DNA of 64,000 nt from Candidatus Caldarchaeum sp. (GCA_033580815.1 JAVQUC010000002.1:4259-68258); one strand, 5' to 3'. Numbered from the stretch's first letter, positions 20,375 to 30,640 are shown. Numbers and translations: made by a program. The notes: generated from the sequence alone by a model not told the origin.

Positions 20375-21907
20375 ATGGACGAACATGTAAATCTAGTCGA
20401 GATGAAAGGGATAGTTAAGCGTTTCCCAAACGTTATCGCTAACAACAACGCAAACTTCACGCTTCGAAGGGGTGAGGTCCACGCCCTTCTCGGAGAAAAC
20501 GGGGCGGGAAAATCGACTTTGATGAATGTCTTGTACGGCATCTACAAGCCCGACGCGGGCGAAATCTACGTTGAAGGGAAAAAGGTGGAAATCAAAGGCC
20601 CTAGGGACGCTTTGAAGCTGGGGATAGGAATGGTTCATCAACAGTTCAAGCTCATCCCAGTTCACACCGTGGCCGAGAACGTGATACTAGGGTTGAAGGA
20701 GATGGGTTTCTTTCTCGACAGCCGGAAAATCAACCGCGAACTCGGCCGGGTAATTGCGAGCTATGGATGGAAGATTTCTCCGGAAGCAAAGGTTTGGCAG
20801 TTGTCGGCCGGTGAAAAACAGCAGGTCGAGCTTTTGAAGGCATTGTTCAGAAACGTCAAGATATTGATTCTCGACGAACCGACCTCAGTTCTTACTCCTC
20901 AGGAAACGGTCGTATTTTTTCAAACCCTCCGGAAAATGGCTTCCCAAGGTCTCGGAATAGTTTTGATCACCCACAAACTTGAGGAAGTTTTCTCTGTGGG
21001 TGACAGAGTCACGGTGATGCGTGGGGGAGAGACTGTCGCGACCAAAGACGTCAAGGACACAAACATCGAGGAATTGGTTGAGTTGATGATCGGGCGGCCG
21101 TTGCTGAAAATTGCTCCCGCGCGTAAACTGGTCAAGGACAATCCGGTGTTGCAGGTTTTGAACTTGGTGGTGCTGAACGACAAGGGCCTCGAAGCTGTGC
21201 GAAGGGTTTCCTTCAAGCTTTTCAGGGGCGAGATAATGGGCATAGCAGGTGTTTCGGGAAACGGTCAGCAAGAACTTCTTGAAGCAATTGCGGGCCTCCG
21301 AAAAACCGTGTCTGGGAAGATACTGCTTGACGGAGTCGAAATCACCAACAAGCATCCAGCGGATATCATTTCAGCCGGCGTAAGCTACATCCCCGCCGAG
21401 GCACTAAGATATTGCGCACCAGAAATGACTGTCGCGGAAAACCTCGTCCTCAAAGCCTACCGAAACCCGGATTTCTCGAACAAGCTCCTGATAAACTGGA
21501 AGACCGTCGAAAGAAAATCGTCGGAGCTGGTGAATTACTTCCGAATTGTCACGCCATCGATTAAAAACAGGGTGGGAAATCTATCGGGAGGAAACGTGCA
21601 GAGGCTCGTGCTCGCCCGAGAACTCGGCACCCACCCGAACCTCCGCGTAATCCTCGCGGCCTACCCCACGCGTGGCCTTGACATTGCATCGACGGAGGCA
21701 ATTCATCAAGAATTGATAAGAAGATCTGAGCAGGGTGTTGCGATTCTGCTTGTGTCGGAAGAACTCGAGGAATTGGTTGCGCTGTGCGACCGAATAACGG
21801 TCATGTACAGGGGGGAGTTGGTCGGTGTGGTTGAAAGAGGCCTCTATGACGTAGAGGAAATCGGGCTGATGATGACGGGCGTGAAGAAGATGGAGGTGAG
21901 TGCCTGA
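20375..21907 (+). CDS. Nucleoside/sugar ABC transporter ATP-binding protein (two NBDs)
   Basis: GENGAGKST, GIGMVHQ, LILDEPT, LSGGNVQR, PTRGLD. Confidence 0.93.
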   Translation: MDEHVNLVEMKGIVKRFPNVIANNNANFTLRRGEVHALLGENGAGKSTLMNVLYGIYKPDAGEIYVEGKKVEIKGPRDALKLGIGMVHQQFKLIPVHTVAENVILGLKEMGFFLDSRKINRELGRVIASYGWKISPEAKVWQLSAGEKQQVELLKALFRNVKILILDEPTSVLTPQETVVFFQTLRKMASQGLGIVLITHKLEEVFSVGDRVTVMRGGETVATKDVKDTNIEELVELMIGRPLLKIAPARKLVKDNPVLQVLNLVVLNDKGLEAVRRVSFKLFRGEIMGIAGVSGNGQQELLEAIAGLRKTVSGKILLDGVEITNKHPADIISAGVSYIPAEALRYCAPEMTVAENLVLKAYRNPDFSNKLLINWKTVERKSSELVNYFRIVTPSIKNRVGNLSGGNVQRLVLARELGTHPNLRVILAAYPTRGLDIASTEAIHQELIRRSEQGVAILLVSEELEELVALCDRITVMYRGELVGVVERGLYDVEEIGLMMTGVKKMEVSA

Positions 21908-21910
21908 CGA

Positions 21911-22978
21911 ATGTCTATATCGTTTAAGCTGGAAAGAAGGGGTGAAGTATCCCGGAAATTCTCCGCCATCGTCAGTGCTTTCTTTCTGCTGGCGGGCTTG
22001 CTGTTCGCGAGCTTGATATTCGAACTTCTCGGAGTTAGCGCCGTCGAGACTTTCTCCCGTGTCGTCAGTGTCTTCACGAGTCAGTCATCTTTGATGCAAG
22101 CGATTCTCCGCGGTCTGCCCATAGGGTTTGCAGCGCTAGGGCTCTGCCTTGCTTTCAAAATGAACTTTTGGAACATCGGAGCAGAAGGCCAGATGTACAT
22201 GGGAATGACCGCTGCAACGGGCGTCGTCCTTCTACACGCATACTACGGATACCTCCCAGACTTTCTCGTTTTCCCGGTAATGGTAGCGGCAGCATTCGCG
22301 GCCGGTGGCCTGTACTGCACTTTGCCAGCGTTCTTGAAGGCGAGGTTTGGAGTTAACGAGATTCTACCCACCCTCATGCTCAATTACATCGCGATGCATT
22401 TCGTCAACTTCCTCATCACAGGGCCGTGGAGAGACCCACAAGGGTTTGGGTTCCCGCTCTCCATAGTCTTCCCGCCCTACGCGCGAATGGAGACTTTTCT
22501 AGGCCACGCAAACTACGTCGGCCTGCCGTCGGCTTTCATCGCAGCCGCTCTAATCTTCGGGCTTCTTCAGAAAACGCCCGCTGGGTTCGAAATGCGTGTT
22601 CTCGGACAGAATTTTGAGGCGGCGCGTTATGCAGGTGTTAGAATCGGCCGCACTCTTCTGACGGGCAGCATGATAGCTGGCGGATTAGCGGGAATAGGAG
22701 GCCTCGTGATCGTGAGTGCTCTGCTCGGAAGGCTGAGGCCCGGCGCTCCGGCTGGCTACGGATACACGGCTATAATCATAGCATTCCTAGCATCCTTGAA
22801 CCCATGGCTTGCTGTTCCCGCCGCCATATTTTTCGGAGCCCTTCTGGTCGCCGGCGACGTCATCCAAGCAACCCTAAACCTACCCTTCGCGGCCGTCCAG
22901 ATTTTTCAGTCAACGATATTCTTGATGATAATTCTCGGAGAGTTCTTCAAACGCTATAGGATTAGGGTGATCAGATGA
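21911..22978 (+). CDS. Nucleoside ABC transporter permease
   Basis: WNIGAEGQ, GVNEI..TLMLNYIA, GFEMRVLGQN..AARYAG, GYGYTAIIIA. Confidence 0.9.
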   Translation: MSISFKLERRGEVSRKFSAIVSAFFLLAGLLFASLIFELLGVSAVETFSRVVSVFTSQSSLMQAILRGLPIGFAALGLCLAFKMNFWNIGAEGQMYMGMTAATGVVLLHAYYGYLPDFLVFPVMVAAAFAAGGLYCTLPAFLKARFGVNEILPTLMLNYIAMHFVNFLITGPWRDPQGFGFPLSIVFPPYARMETFLGHANYVGLPSAFIAAALIFGLLQKTPAGFEMRVLGQNFEAARYAGVRIGRTLLTGSMIAGGLAGIGGLVIVSALLGRLRPGAPAGYGYTAIIIAFLASLNPWLAVPAAIFFGALLVAGDVIQATLNLPFAAVQIFQSTIFLMIILGEFFKRYRIRVIR

Positions 22979-23955
22979 TCGACATCGGGTTTGTTGAATC
23001 AGTTCTGGCCGGGGCAGTCGCTGCCGGAACGGTTTTTCTCCTCGCCTCCCTCGGTGAAACCTACGCGGAAAGGGCGGGAGTCCTCAACCTCGGAATGGAG
23101 GGAATGATGATCATGGGAGCGGCGGTTTCATACATTTTCACCAACGCCATGGGGCACGGAGCTGCTTTGCTGATGGTTCTGATAATGGGCGTGTTGATGG
23201 GCCTTCTTCACGCCTTTTTCACCGTCAGCCTCAAGCTAAACCAAGTCGTCGTGGGGTTGGCGGTGACTATTCTCGGTCTCGGGTTGAGCGGGTTGTTGGC
23301 CTCGGCGGAAATACGGGCTCGAATCATACTAGCTTTGAACCCAGAGGCGACGAGGGCTGTTATCGCTTCGCAGGAGGCGCCAAAGTTGCCTCTGATACCG
23401 GTCGCGGGCCTCAAGGACATCCCGATAATCGGTCCGATGTTCTTCAACCACAACGCCCTCGTCTATTTCTCCCTCGTCCTCAGCCTTTTGATGTGGTTCG
23501 TTCTGTTCAAAACGAGGTTTGGTCTGAGCATCCGTTCCTGCGGTGAAAACCCTTCCATGGCAGACACGCTGGGAATAAACGTGTACTTCATGAGGTATGT
23601 TTCAATGGTTGTCTGCGGCATGCTGGGTTGCCTGGCGGGTGCTTACCTCTTCATCGGGTACCAGCCCTTCTGGGTGGAAGGGATGACTCAGGGCCGGGGC
23701 TTCATATCGCTTGCGCTCGTCATCCTAGCGACGTGGAACCCGTTAAGGGCCGTGCTCGGAGCCTATCTCTTTGGAGGCGTGGAAGCACTGCAGTTTCGGC
23801 TACAGGTGCTCGGAGTCGCAGCTCAGCTTCCGTATTTTCTGCTAATGCTCCCCTACGCCGTGACCATCATAACGTTGACGTTGCTATCTCTCGAATCCGT
23901 GAGAAAAAGGGTAGGAGTTCCAGCGGCTTTGGGCATTCCCTACTCCCGTGAATAA
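22975..23955 (+). CDS. Nucleoside ABC transporter permease
   Basis: ERAGVLNLGMEGMM, GLSIRSCGENP, GRGFISLALV, LPY. Confidence 0.9.
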   Translation: MIDIGFVESVLAGAVAAGTVFLLASLGETYAERAGVLNLGMEGMMIMGAAVSYIFTNAMGHGAALLMVLIMGVLMGLLHAFFTVSLKLNQVVVGLAVTILGLGLSGLLASAEIRARIILALNPEATRAVIASQEAPKLPLIPVAGLKDIPIIGPMFFNHNALVYFSLVLSLLMWFVLFKTRFGLSIRSCGENPSMADTLGINVYFMRYVSMVVCGMLGCLAGAYLFIGYQPFWVEGMTQGRGFISLALVILATWNPLRAVLGAYLFGGVEALQFRLQVLGVAAQLPYFLLMLPYAVTIITLTLLSLESVRKRVGVPAALGIPYSRE

Positions 23956-23957
23956 AC

Positions 23958-25529
23958 ATGACAGGCGAAGAGAGAATTATCCCTAAAACAATGAGTTCCC
24001 AACACCCGGACAACGTTTCGAGCCCGCCTTGGCTGGACAAACCTCTGATTTCCGGGGACGATGAAGTCGAGGAGGTTTTCCAGAGTTGGACGAGGTTGGG
24101 ATGCATGGAGGCTATGTGGGACGCTGAAGGCAAAGACGTCGACCTCAACGTTGTGCGAAAACTTCTCACGAAACACGGCGATTTCTTCCGTGAAAAGATC
24201 ATCGGCCGTGATTACTTTCTCACGTACAGAATACCCAATCCATCCGTTGAGACAGGCGACAGAAAGGTTTTCTTCGAAACTCTTCAAAGCATACCGAAGC
24301 ATTACGACGTCTGCCAAGCCTTCTACGGCTCAAAGGCCATACCTCCTGTATTCGAGGTCATTCTACCTTTTACGAAATCACATCATCAAATGGTCCAGGT
24401 CCTAAACACCTACAAGAGGGCAGTTGTTCAGCTTGAAGACGTTTTCATCGACTACCCAGACGTAAAGCTGAGGGACGTCATCGGAAAAATCTACCCGGAA
24501 AAAATTGAGGTCATCCCACTCTTCGAAGACCTGGAAAGCATACTCGGCATAGAAACGATCATAGGAAGGTTCATCGAGCTGGCTTCCCCACGTTACCTAC
24601 GCGTTTTTATCGCAAGGTCAGACCCTGCTTTGAACAACGGCCTCGTAGCCGCGACGCTGATGGCCAAGCTCGCCCTTGAAAAAGTTTTCCAAGTCCAAGA
24701 GAACACCGGAATCACCATTTATCCTATAATCGGGGTTGGAACACTGCCCTTCCGAGGAGGCCTCAACCCATTCGACGTAGAAAAATTTCTGAACGACTAC
24801 GGAAAAGTTTCAACCGTAACTATTCAGTCGGCATTCCGCTACGATTATCCCGAGCAAAAAGTTGTCGAAGCCGTTAACTACCTGAACAAGAACCTTCCGA
24901 TCGAAAAATCATCGACCTTCATCGAGAACGAGAATGTTTTGGCGAAAGTCGTTGAAAAAGCTTCGGAGAGTTACCGTGTGTTTGCGGAAGCGGCGGCACC
25001 GACGATAGCCAGCATTTCTGCCCTTGTTCCTCCGAGAAGGATGCGCAAGCTTCACATCGGTGCTTTCGCTTATTCCCGTAGAATCGGCAACGTCGAGCTT
25101 CCGAGGGCCATCCCATACGCATGCAGTTACTACAGCTTGGGTATGCCGCCTGAATTCATAGGGCTCCGTTTTCTCCAAAATTTGTCCGAAGAGGAATACT
25201 CCCTTCTGATCGACTACTACAAAGGCCTTAAAGAGGGTTTACGGAAAGTCGCCCCACTACTATGCTTCGAAAACATCAACCTCCTATTGGGAGGAGAGGC
25301 AAACCACAAAAACGAACTCAAAGCACTGATAGCAGCGCTACCGTACTACGTGGAAGACCTCGAAACGCTCGAAAACATGCTGAACATCAAAACAGGGCCT
25401 CGAACCCTTTCCGAAAGAAAATACAACAACATCGTCAACAACTTCCTGATATCTTACATCGAAAACGACCATCAGTCGGCGCGTCAGGAGCTCCTCAGGG
25501 CTGCTGAAATCAGGAGATGTTTGGGCTAG
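23958..25529 (+). CDS. ppcA: Archaeal-type phosphoenolpyruvate carboxylase
   Basis: IPKTMSSQHPDN, MWDAEGK, FEVILPF, IPLFED, RVFIARSDPALNNG, QSAFRYD, LPRAI. Confidence 0.95.
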   Translation: MTGEERIIPKTMSSQHPDNVSSPPWLDKPLISGDDEVEEVFQSWTRLGCMEAMWDAEGKDVDLNVVRKLLTKHGDFFREKIIGRDYFLTYRIPNPSVETGDRKVFFETLQSIPKHYDVCQAFYGSKAIPPVFEVILPFTKSHHQMVQVLNTYKRAVVQLEDVFIDYPDVKLRDVIGKIYPEKIEVIPLFEDLESILGIETIIGRFIELASPRYLRVFIARSDPALNNGLVAATLMAKLALEKVFQVQENTGITIYPIIGVGTLPFRGGLNPFDVEKFLNDYGKVSTVTIQSAFRYDYPEQKVVEAVNYLNKNLPIEKSSTFIENENVLAKVVEKASESYRVFAEAAAPTIASISALVPPRRMRKLHIGAFAYSRRIGNVELPRAIPYACSYYSLGMPPEFIGLRFLQNLSEEEYSLLIDYYKGLKEGLRKVAPLLCFENINLLLGGEANHKNELKALIAALPYYVEDLETLENMLNIKTGPRTLSERKYNNIVNNFLISYIENDHQSARQELLRAAEIRRCLG

Positions 25530-26095
25530 CGGGATGCCAAAGCTACCCTTTCTAACTCGGTTTTCTTCTTGACGGCGAAGCTTTTGCTGTCTTTTTCGGA
25601 TGCCAGAATGATTTCGTCGGCCAGACACTCGTCGATGGTTTTTCTGGTCCTGAAAGAGTTCTCTCGAGCAGCTTGAGCTATGTTTCGAAGGGCGAGGTCA
25701 ACGCGACGCTGTGGGCTGATGTCGACTGCCTTAAAATACACTATGCCGCCGTAGCTGAGACGAGTTACATCTTCGAGCGGAGCAGCATTTTCGACAGCTC
25801 TCACCAAAACCTCAACAGGGTTCTTCCCTGTCCGTAGATGAATAATCCACAGAGCATTCTTGACAGCGGACAAAGCCTTAGTTTTCTTACCGCCATTCTT
25901 TCCCGGCCTCATCAACATGTTGGCTAGCCGCTCTACAATGTTCACTTCAGCCTTGGCGAAACGCCTGTGCTCATGCCTGCCGCCTGAATGCGGAACCGCC
26001 ATTGGCTTCAACGAGATGTATTTCTTTAGTCCTTCATCTAGGACTTCGATGCCTTCGACACTCCAGATACCGAAAAGCTTCAGCTGCTCTGACAA
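25526..26095 (-). CDS. rps7: 30S ribosomal protein S7 (uS7)
   Basis: KLFGIWS, PHSGGRH, IVERLAN, AVDISPQRRVDLA, KKKTELERVA. Confidence 0.96.
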   Translation of the reverse strand: MSEQLKLFGIWSVEGIEVLDEGLKKYISLKPMAVPHSGGRHEHRRFAKAEVNIVERLANMLMRPGKNGGKKTKALSAVKNALWIIHLRTGKNPVEVLVRAVENAAPLEDVTRLSYGGIVYFKAVDISPQRRVDLALRNIAQAARENSFRTRKTIDECLADEIILASEKDSKSFAVKKKTELERVALASR

Positions 26096-26133
26096 CCTGA
26101 GGAAAAAACCGAACCGCCTTATTTAATTCTATT

Positions 26134-26568
26134 TCACTGGACCGCGACGCTCTCGATGTTGAAATGTCTCTTGGCCAGAAGTCTGGCGAGGTTGATGTTT
26201 TTCCCGTCTTTCCCGATCGCCACCCCTTTGTCCCTCGGGTTGACGGTCACAACCGCTATCTTCTTGCCGTCAGGCCTTTCCGTAAGCCTAACGGGGTCTA
26301 TGACCTCCGCTGGATGAAGGAGGTTCTTGATGAAGGTCGCCGCGTCGGTCGTATACTCGACGACCTTTATCCTTTTTCTGAAAATCCTCACGAGCTCCTT
26401 AATCTTTGCTCCATGACCAGCCAAGGCCTTCCTCAGATCGCCTTGGCGGACAACGAAAGTAAGCAGATCATCATCGTCTACGCAGTCGACCACGGCTGCT
26501 CCAGTCAAAGCTTCAAACATCTGGATGTACTTGATTTCTTTTTCGGTTAGCTTTATTCCCTCTCCCAA
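26134..26568 (-). CDS. nusA: Archaeal NusA (KH domains)
   Basis: IKLT..EIKYI..FE.LTGA...DC, KGVAIGKDGKNI; canonical position after rpl30e. Confidence 0.92.
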   Translation of the reverse strand: MGEGIKLTEKEIKYIQMFEALTGAAVVDCVDDDDLLTFVVRQGDLRKALAGHGAKIKELVRIFRKRIKVVEYTTDAATFIKNLLHPAEVIDPVRLTERPDGKKIAVVTVNPRDKGVAIGKDGKNINLARLLAKRHFNIESVAVQ

Positions 26569-26879
26569 CGGTTTTCACTCCTTGCTTTGTCGACGATGTC
26601 GGAACTGCCAGGGTCGAGCACTGCTATGAAAGAGGTTGGGAAGGGTTTTCGGAGGGAGAGACCAAGGTCAGATGGCGTAAGGTCGGTCAGAAGAACCGGG
26701 ACATCCATGGCTTTTGCAAAGACCTGCAGCTTGCTGATGAGGACCGGGTCTGTTCTCTTAGAAGCCACGACCACCAACGCTTTTTTGTCCTCGATTTTCT
26801 TTAGGGCTTCCTTGAAGCCGACGACGTAAGAACCAGTTCTACTGACAACTTGGAGCGACTGCTTCAAGTCCATGCTCAT
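26553..26879 (-). CDS. rpl30e: 50S ribosomal protein L30e
   Basis: RTGSYVVGFKE, LGLSLRKPF, AVLDPGSSDI; position after rpoA. Confidence 0.9.
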   Translation of the reverse strand: MSMDLKQSLQVVSRTGSYVVGFKEALKKIEDKKALVVVASKRTDPVLISKLQVFAKAMDVPVLLTDLTPSDLGLSLRKPFPTSFIAVLDPGSSDIVDKARSENRWERE

Positions 26880-29800
26880 CCACCCCTCTCGTGACTCATC
26901 AACAGAGTAACCATGCCGGTGCCAACTGGGATTTCTCTGCCGATAAGGATTCTCTCAACGTTCCCTTTCAGGTTGTCGACCTCTCCTCTTGCTGCAGCCT
27001 CCAGAAGTGTTTGGACGCTGATTTCATAGGCGGCCCTCGCTAACACGCTGCTCTTAAGCTTAACAACACCATGTCTCCCAATTTGCCTCACACTACCGCT
27101 CACAGTCATCATATCGGCCAAAAGCAACAGATGTCTGATGTCAACGTCTAGACCTTGGTCTTCAAGCACCTCCCTCGACTCCTCGACGATGGCGTTGCGA
27201 GCAGCTTCAACACCGAAGACTTCAGCGATTTCGTAGATGTCGTTGGTCTTGATTCTTCTCCAGTCGACTCCAGGAATCTCCATCACTTCTTTGAGGTTCG
27301 ACCCCTCTGTTCTAATGACGTATTCGTCCTTCTCCTTGAAAACGGTCGCCTTCTTTATCCGTCGAATTCCCTTAACTTTAATCAACGAAACTCTTTCCCT
27401 GATCTTGGCGATGTCCGAAAGCCCCTCCTCGTCAAGCTTGACAGATATTATGTAATTATCGGGGTCGTATACTGCTTCGATTCCCTTGATCGCTTTTTCG
27501 ATGTCCTTCTTAGTAACACCGTGTTCTTCTAACAGTTTCGGTTCTACCTTGAATTCCGCGGTGCCTTTTCTGTAGTTGACCACAACTCCTGAAATCAGGT
27601 CGCCGAGCGTAGTGTACTGTATTTGTTTGGCGAGACGCCGGGCCTTCGTCAAGTTGGTCGCGTACTCTGGAGTGAGCGGAATATACATTATAGGTGTAGA
27701 AGGAGTCCGCCGGGCGTCGACAATCTCAATTAGCCTTGGAAGCCCCTTTAGAATGCTCTGCTCACCCACTCCCGCGAAGTGGAAAGTTCTAAGGGTGAGC
27801 TGTGTTCCCGGCTCCCCTATGGACTGGGCCGTCACAACTCCGACAGCGTCTCCGGGCTCGGCCAAGGAGTCCACGAATCTGTTAACTGTTTCGGCGACTA
27901 TTCGGTCGACCGCTTCAGCTGAAGGAATTTTATTCAAAAGCTCCTGCCTTAGTTCTTCGAATATTTTCTTGGGAAGACTACTCTCAACTTCTCCGAGTTT
28001 CTTTGTTATGTATTCCTCGGTGGCTGGCTCGGCCGTTGGTACTTTCGCGAGAACAGAGTTAATTATGTTGGATATCGTGACGGCTTTTCCGTGGTCTGAT
28101 TTTGCAGGGTCGACTCCATCTTCTCCGTAGGCAAATTGGATTATCCTGCCCTCATCAGCGGTCCTGACTGTTCCGTCGTAGTCGATGTAAAGTGACTCAA
28201 GCGCGTTGATTAGTCTCCGCTGCATGTAGCCGCTTTGCTGTGTTCGAACTGCCGTGTCGACCAGCCCGTCTCTTCCACCGACTGCGTGGAAGAAGAACTC
28301 TACCGGGTCGAGGCCCGAAACGAAGGAGTTGTAGACGAAGCCACGGGCTCTAGGCGACATGTCACCCGGCTTGAAAAAGGTCAAAACTCTGCCGCGGAAT
28401 CCCCTGTGAACTCTCTCTCTTCTGACAGACTGCTGTCCAACCACTGCTATCATCTGGTCAAGGTTAAGCATCGTACCTCTGGCACCCGTTTTAGCCATTA
28501 TGAAGGCGGAACTATCCTGGGATATCTTCGACCTGATCAGTCGGCCCGCGGAATCTCTCGCATCGCTCAAGATTTTCAACACGTCGGCTTCAAAAGCCTG
28601 CTGCTCCGTCATTCCCGGTGGAATTTCCTTCTGCCCAGCTTCGTATTCTCCGCGCAGTTTTATGAAAGCGTTTTCGGATTTTCTGAAAATCTGTTGGATG
28701 TCGGATTGGATCTCGGGGGGTACCTGGAGGTCGTCTATTGCGAACGAGAAGCCCTTGATTTCGATGAATGTGTTTGCGAGGCGGACGACGTTGTCTAGAA
28801 ATTCTCTGGCCGTCTCTGGTCCATAGTCCCTTGCAAGCCTGTGGAGAATGCTGTTGGCTTTCTCAACTCCGACTGACCCCTTGTCGATGACGCCGCTGAC
28901 GAGTTCCCCGTTTTTTACCAGAACATCCAAGTTGTTGAATGAAGATTTTGTTACATGGTTGAAATCTTTGGGCAACAGTAGGCTGAAGACCTGCTTGCCT
29001 GTCCACATCGGCTCGGGTGATTTGATGGCCGGCTCCGGAATATCGCCCTTGTACTTGATGGATGCTAAGAGACGGGCCAACTCTGATTTCGTTAGCTTAG
29101 TATCGTCTTTCGTGAGCAGATAAAGTGACGTGAGGAAATCGCGTATCACTCCGATAATGGGTGCTCCGTATCTTGGTGAGATGATGTTGTTTTCCACGAC
29201 GAGTAGTTCGCGCGCTTCCGTCTGTGCTTCTTCGCTCTGGGGGACATGAAGGTTCATTTCGTCTCCGTCGAAGTCGGCGTTGTAGGGGGTGCAAACCGCC
29301 GGGTTGAGCCGGAGCGTCTTGTAGGGTAGAACCTTGACGTAGTGGGCCATGATCGACATTCTGTGAAGAGATGGTTGGCGGTTGAAAAGCACGATGTCCC
29401 CGTCCTGCAGATGTCTTTCCACGATGTAGCCCGGCTCAAGGGCTGCGGCTAGTTCCTCCAAGTTGGATACGAATTTCAGCCTCACTCTTTTGCCGTCAGG
29501 TCTCACGATGTATTTGGCGCCCGGATACTTGTCCGAGCCGTTGCGGACGAGGTTCCTCATTTTTTCGAGGTTCCACACAGTTACTCTTTCAGCAACCGTC
29601 AACTGCATCGCTATTTCGAGGGGAACTCCGACTTCGTTGATTCGGATGTTGGGGTCCGGGGAGATTACCGTGCGGGCCGAGAAGTCAACACGCTTGCCCG
29701 AGAGATTGAGCCGGAACCTTCCCTCCTTTCCTTTAAGTCTTTGTGCAAGGGTTTTCAAAACTCTGCCAGACCTATGTTTCGCAGGGGAAACTCCGACGGC

Positions 29801-30640
29801 CTCGTTGTTGAAATAGGTAGTTACGTGGTATTGAAGTAGGTCGGAAAGTTCTTCAATTACGGGTGAGGGTGAACCTGCACGAATGTTTTCACGAAGTCTC
29901 TGAGTAACCCTCAGGATGTCGACCAGCTTGTGGGTCAAGTCGTCCTCAGACCTGTACCCCGATTCAAGCGTTATCGAGGGTCTGACGTACACGGGTGGAA
30001 CCGGCAGAACAGTCAAAACCATCCATTCAGGTCTTGAAGAACGGGGGTTCACGTCCATAAGGATAAGGTCATCGTCTGGGATTCTTTCGAGCCTTGCGCG
30101 AACCGTGCTAGGGTTCAGCTTCGTCGTCCCGGCTTCGGACATTTCGACGAAAGTCGTCGGTTTCTCCAGTTCGAGCTTAAGCTGTTTCTCGCCGCAGTGC
30201 GGACACGACTGAGTGTTCATCGCCTTTTGCTTAATCCTGTAGATAAGGTTCTTGTATGGGAGGTTGTTTGCACGGAGTCTCTCAAGCTCTTCATGATGTT
30301 TGCGGCATTCGTCCTCGGAAAGGAGAATTCTTCCACACGACCTACAGGTAGACTTTAGAAGTTCAAAGATTGTCTTGGCAAACCCGACGTGTATCACGGG
30401 TATGGGTAGCTCGATTCTTCCGAAATGACCAGGGCATCCGAGGTAAGTGTTGCCGCATGTTTTACAACGTTGTCCAGGCTCCAGCGTTCCCAGCCGCGGG
30501 TCCATCACACTCGTTGGAATAGGCAACCCGTCCTCGTCATAGGTGTCTGGGCTTACAATCTCAGCCACGCTCATCTTCCTTATGATGTCAGGCGAAAGAA
30601 TTCCGAAGCTGATTCCAGAGACAGAAGCAGCGCTGCTCAT
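26876..30640 (-). CDS. rpoA: RNA polymerase largest subunit, unsplit A'+A''
   Basis: YNADFDGDEMN, CPGHFG, GKRVDFSAR and, in the same frame, AQSIGEPGTQLTLRTFH; ATG 30640 overlaps rpoB stop. Confidence 0.97.
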   Translation of the reverse strand: MSSAASVSGISFGILSPDIIRKMSVAEIVSPDTYDEDGLPIPTSVMDPRLGTLEPGQRCKTCGNTYLGCPGHFGRIELPIPVIHVGFAKTIFELLKSTCRSCGRILLSEDECRKHHEELERLRANNLPYKNLIYRIKQKAMNTQSCPHCGEKQLKLELEKPTTFVEMSEAGTTKLNPSTVRARLERIPDDDLILMDVNPRSSRPEWMVLTVLPVPPVYVRPSITLESGYRSEDDLTHKLVDILRVTQRLRENIRAGSPSPVIEELSDLLQYHVTTYFNNEAVGVSPAKHRSGRVLKTLAQRLKGKEGRFRLNLSGKRVDFSARTVISPDPNIRINEVGVPLEIAMQLTVAERVTVWNLEKMRNLVRNGSDKYPGAKYIVRPDGKRVRLKFVSNLEELAAALEPGYIVERHLQDGDIVLFNRQPSLHRMSIMAHYVKVLPYKTLRLNPAVCTPYNADFDGDEMNLHVPQSEEAQTEARELLVVENNIISPRYGAPIIGVIRDFLTSLYLLTKDDTKLTKSELARLLASIKYKGDIPEPAIKSPEPMWTGKQVFSLLLPKDFNHVTKSSFNNLDVLVKNGELVSGVIDKGSVGVEKANSILHRLARDYGPETAREFLDNVVRLANTFIEIKGFSFAIDDLQVPPEIQSDIQQIFRKSENAFIKLRGEYEAGQKEIPPGMTEQQAFEADVLKILSDARDSAGRLIRSKISQDSSAFIMAKTGARGTMLNLDQMIAVVGQQSVRRERVHRGFRGRVLTFFKPGDMSPRARGFVYNSFVSGLDPVEFFFHAVGGRDGLVDTAVRTQQSGYMQRRLINALESLYIDYDGTVRTADEGRIIQFAYGEDGVDPAKSDHGKAVTISNIINSVLAKVPTAEPATEEYITKKLGEVESSLPKKIFEELRQELLNKIPSAEAVDRIVAETVNRFVDSLAEPGDAVGVVTAQSIGEPGTQLTLRTFHFAGVGEQSILKGLPRLIEIVDARRTPSTPIMYIPLTPEYATNLTKARRLAKQIQYTTLGDLISGVVVNYRKGTAEFKVEPKLLEEHGVTKKDIEKAIKGIEAVYDPDNYIISVKLDEEGLSDIAKIRERVSLIKVKGIRRIKKATVFKEKDEYVIRTEGSNLKEVMEIPGVDWRRIKTNDIYEIAEVFGVEAARNAIVEESREVLEDQGLDVDIRHLLLLADMMTVSGSVRQIGRHGVVKLKSSVLARAAYEISVQTLLEAAARGEVDNLKGNVERILIGREIPVGTGMVTLLMSHERGG

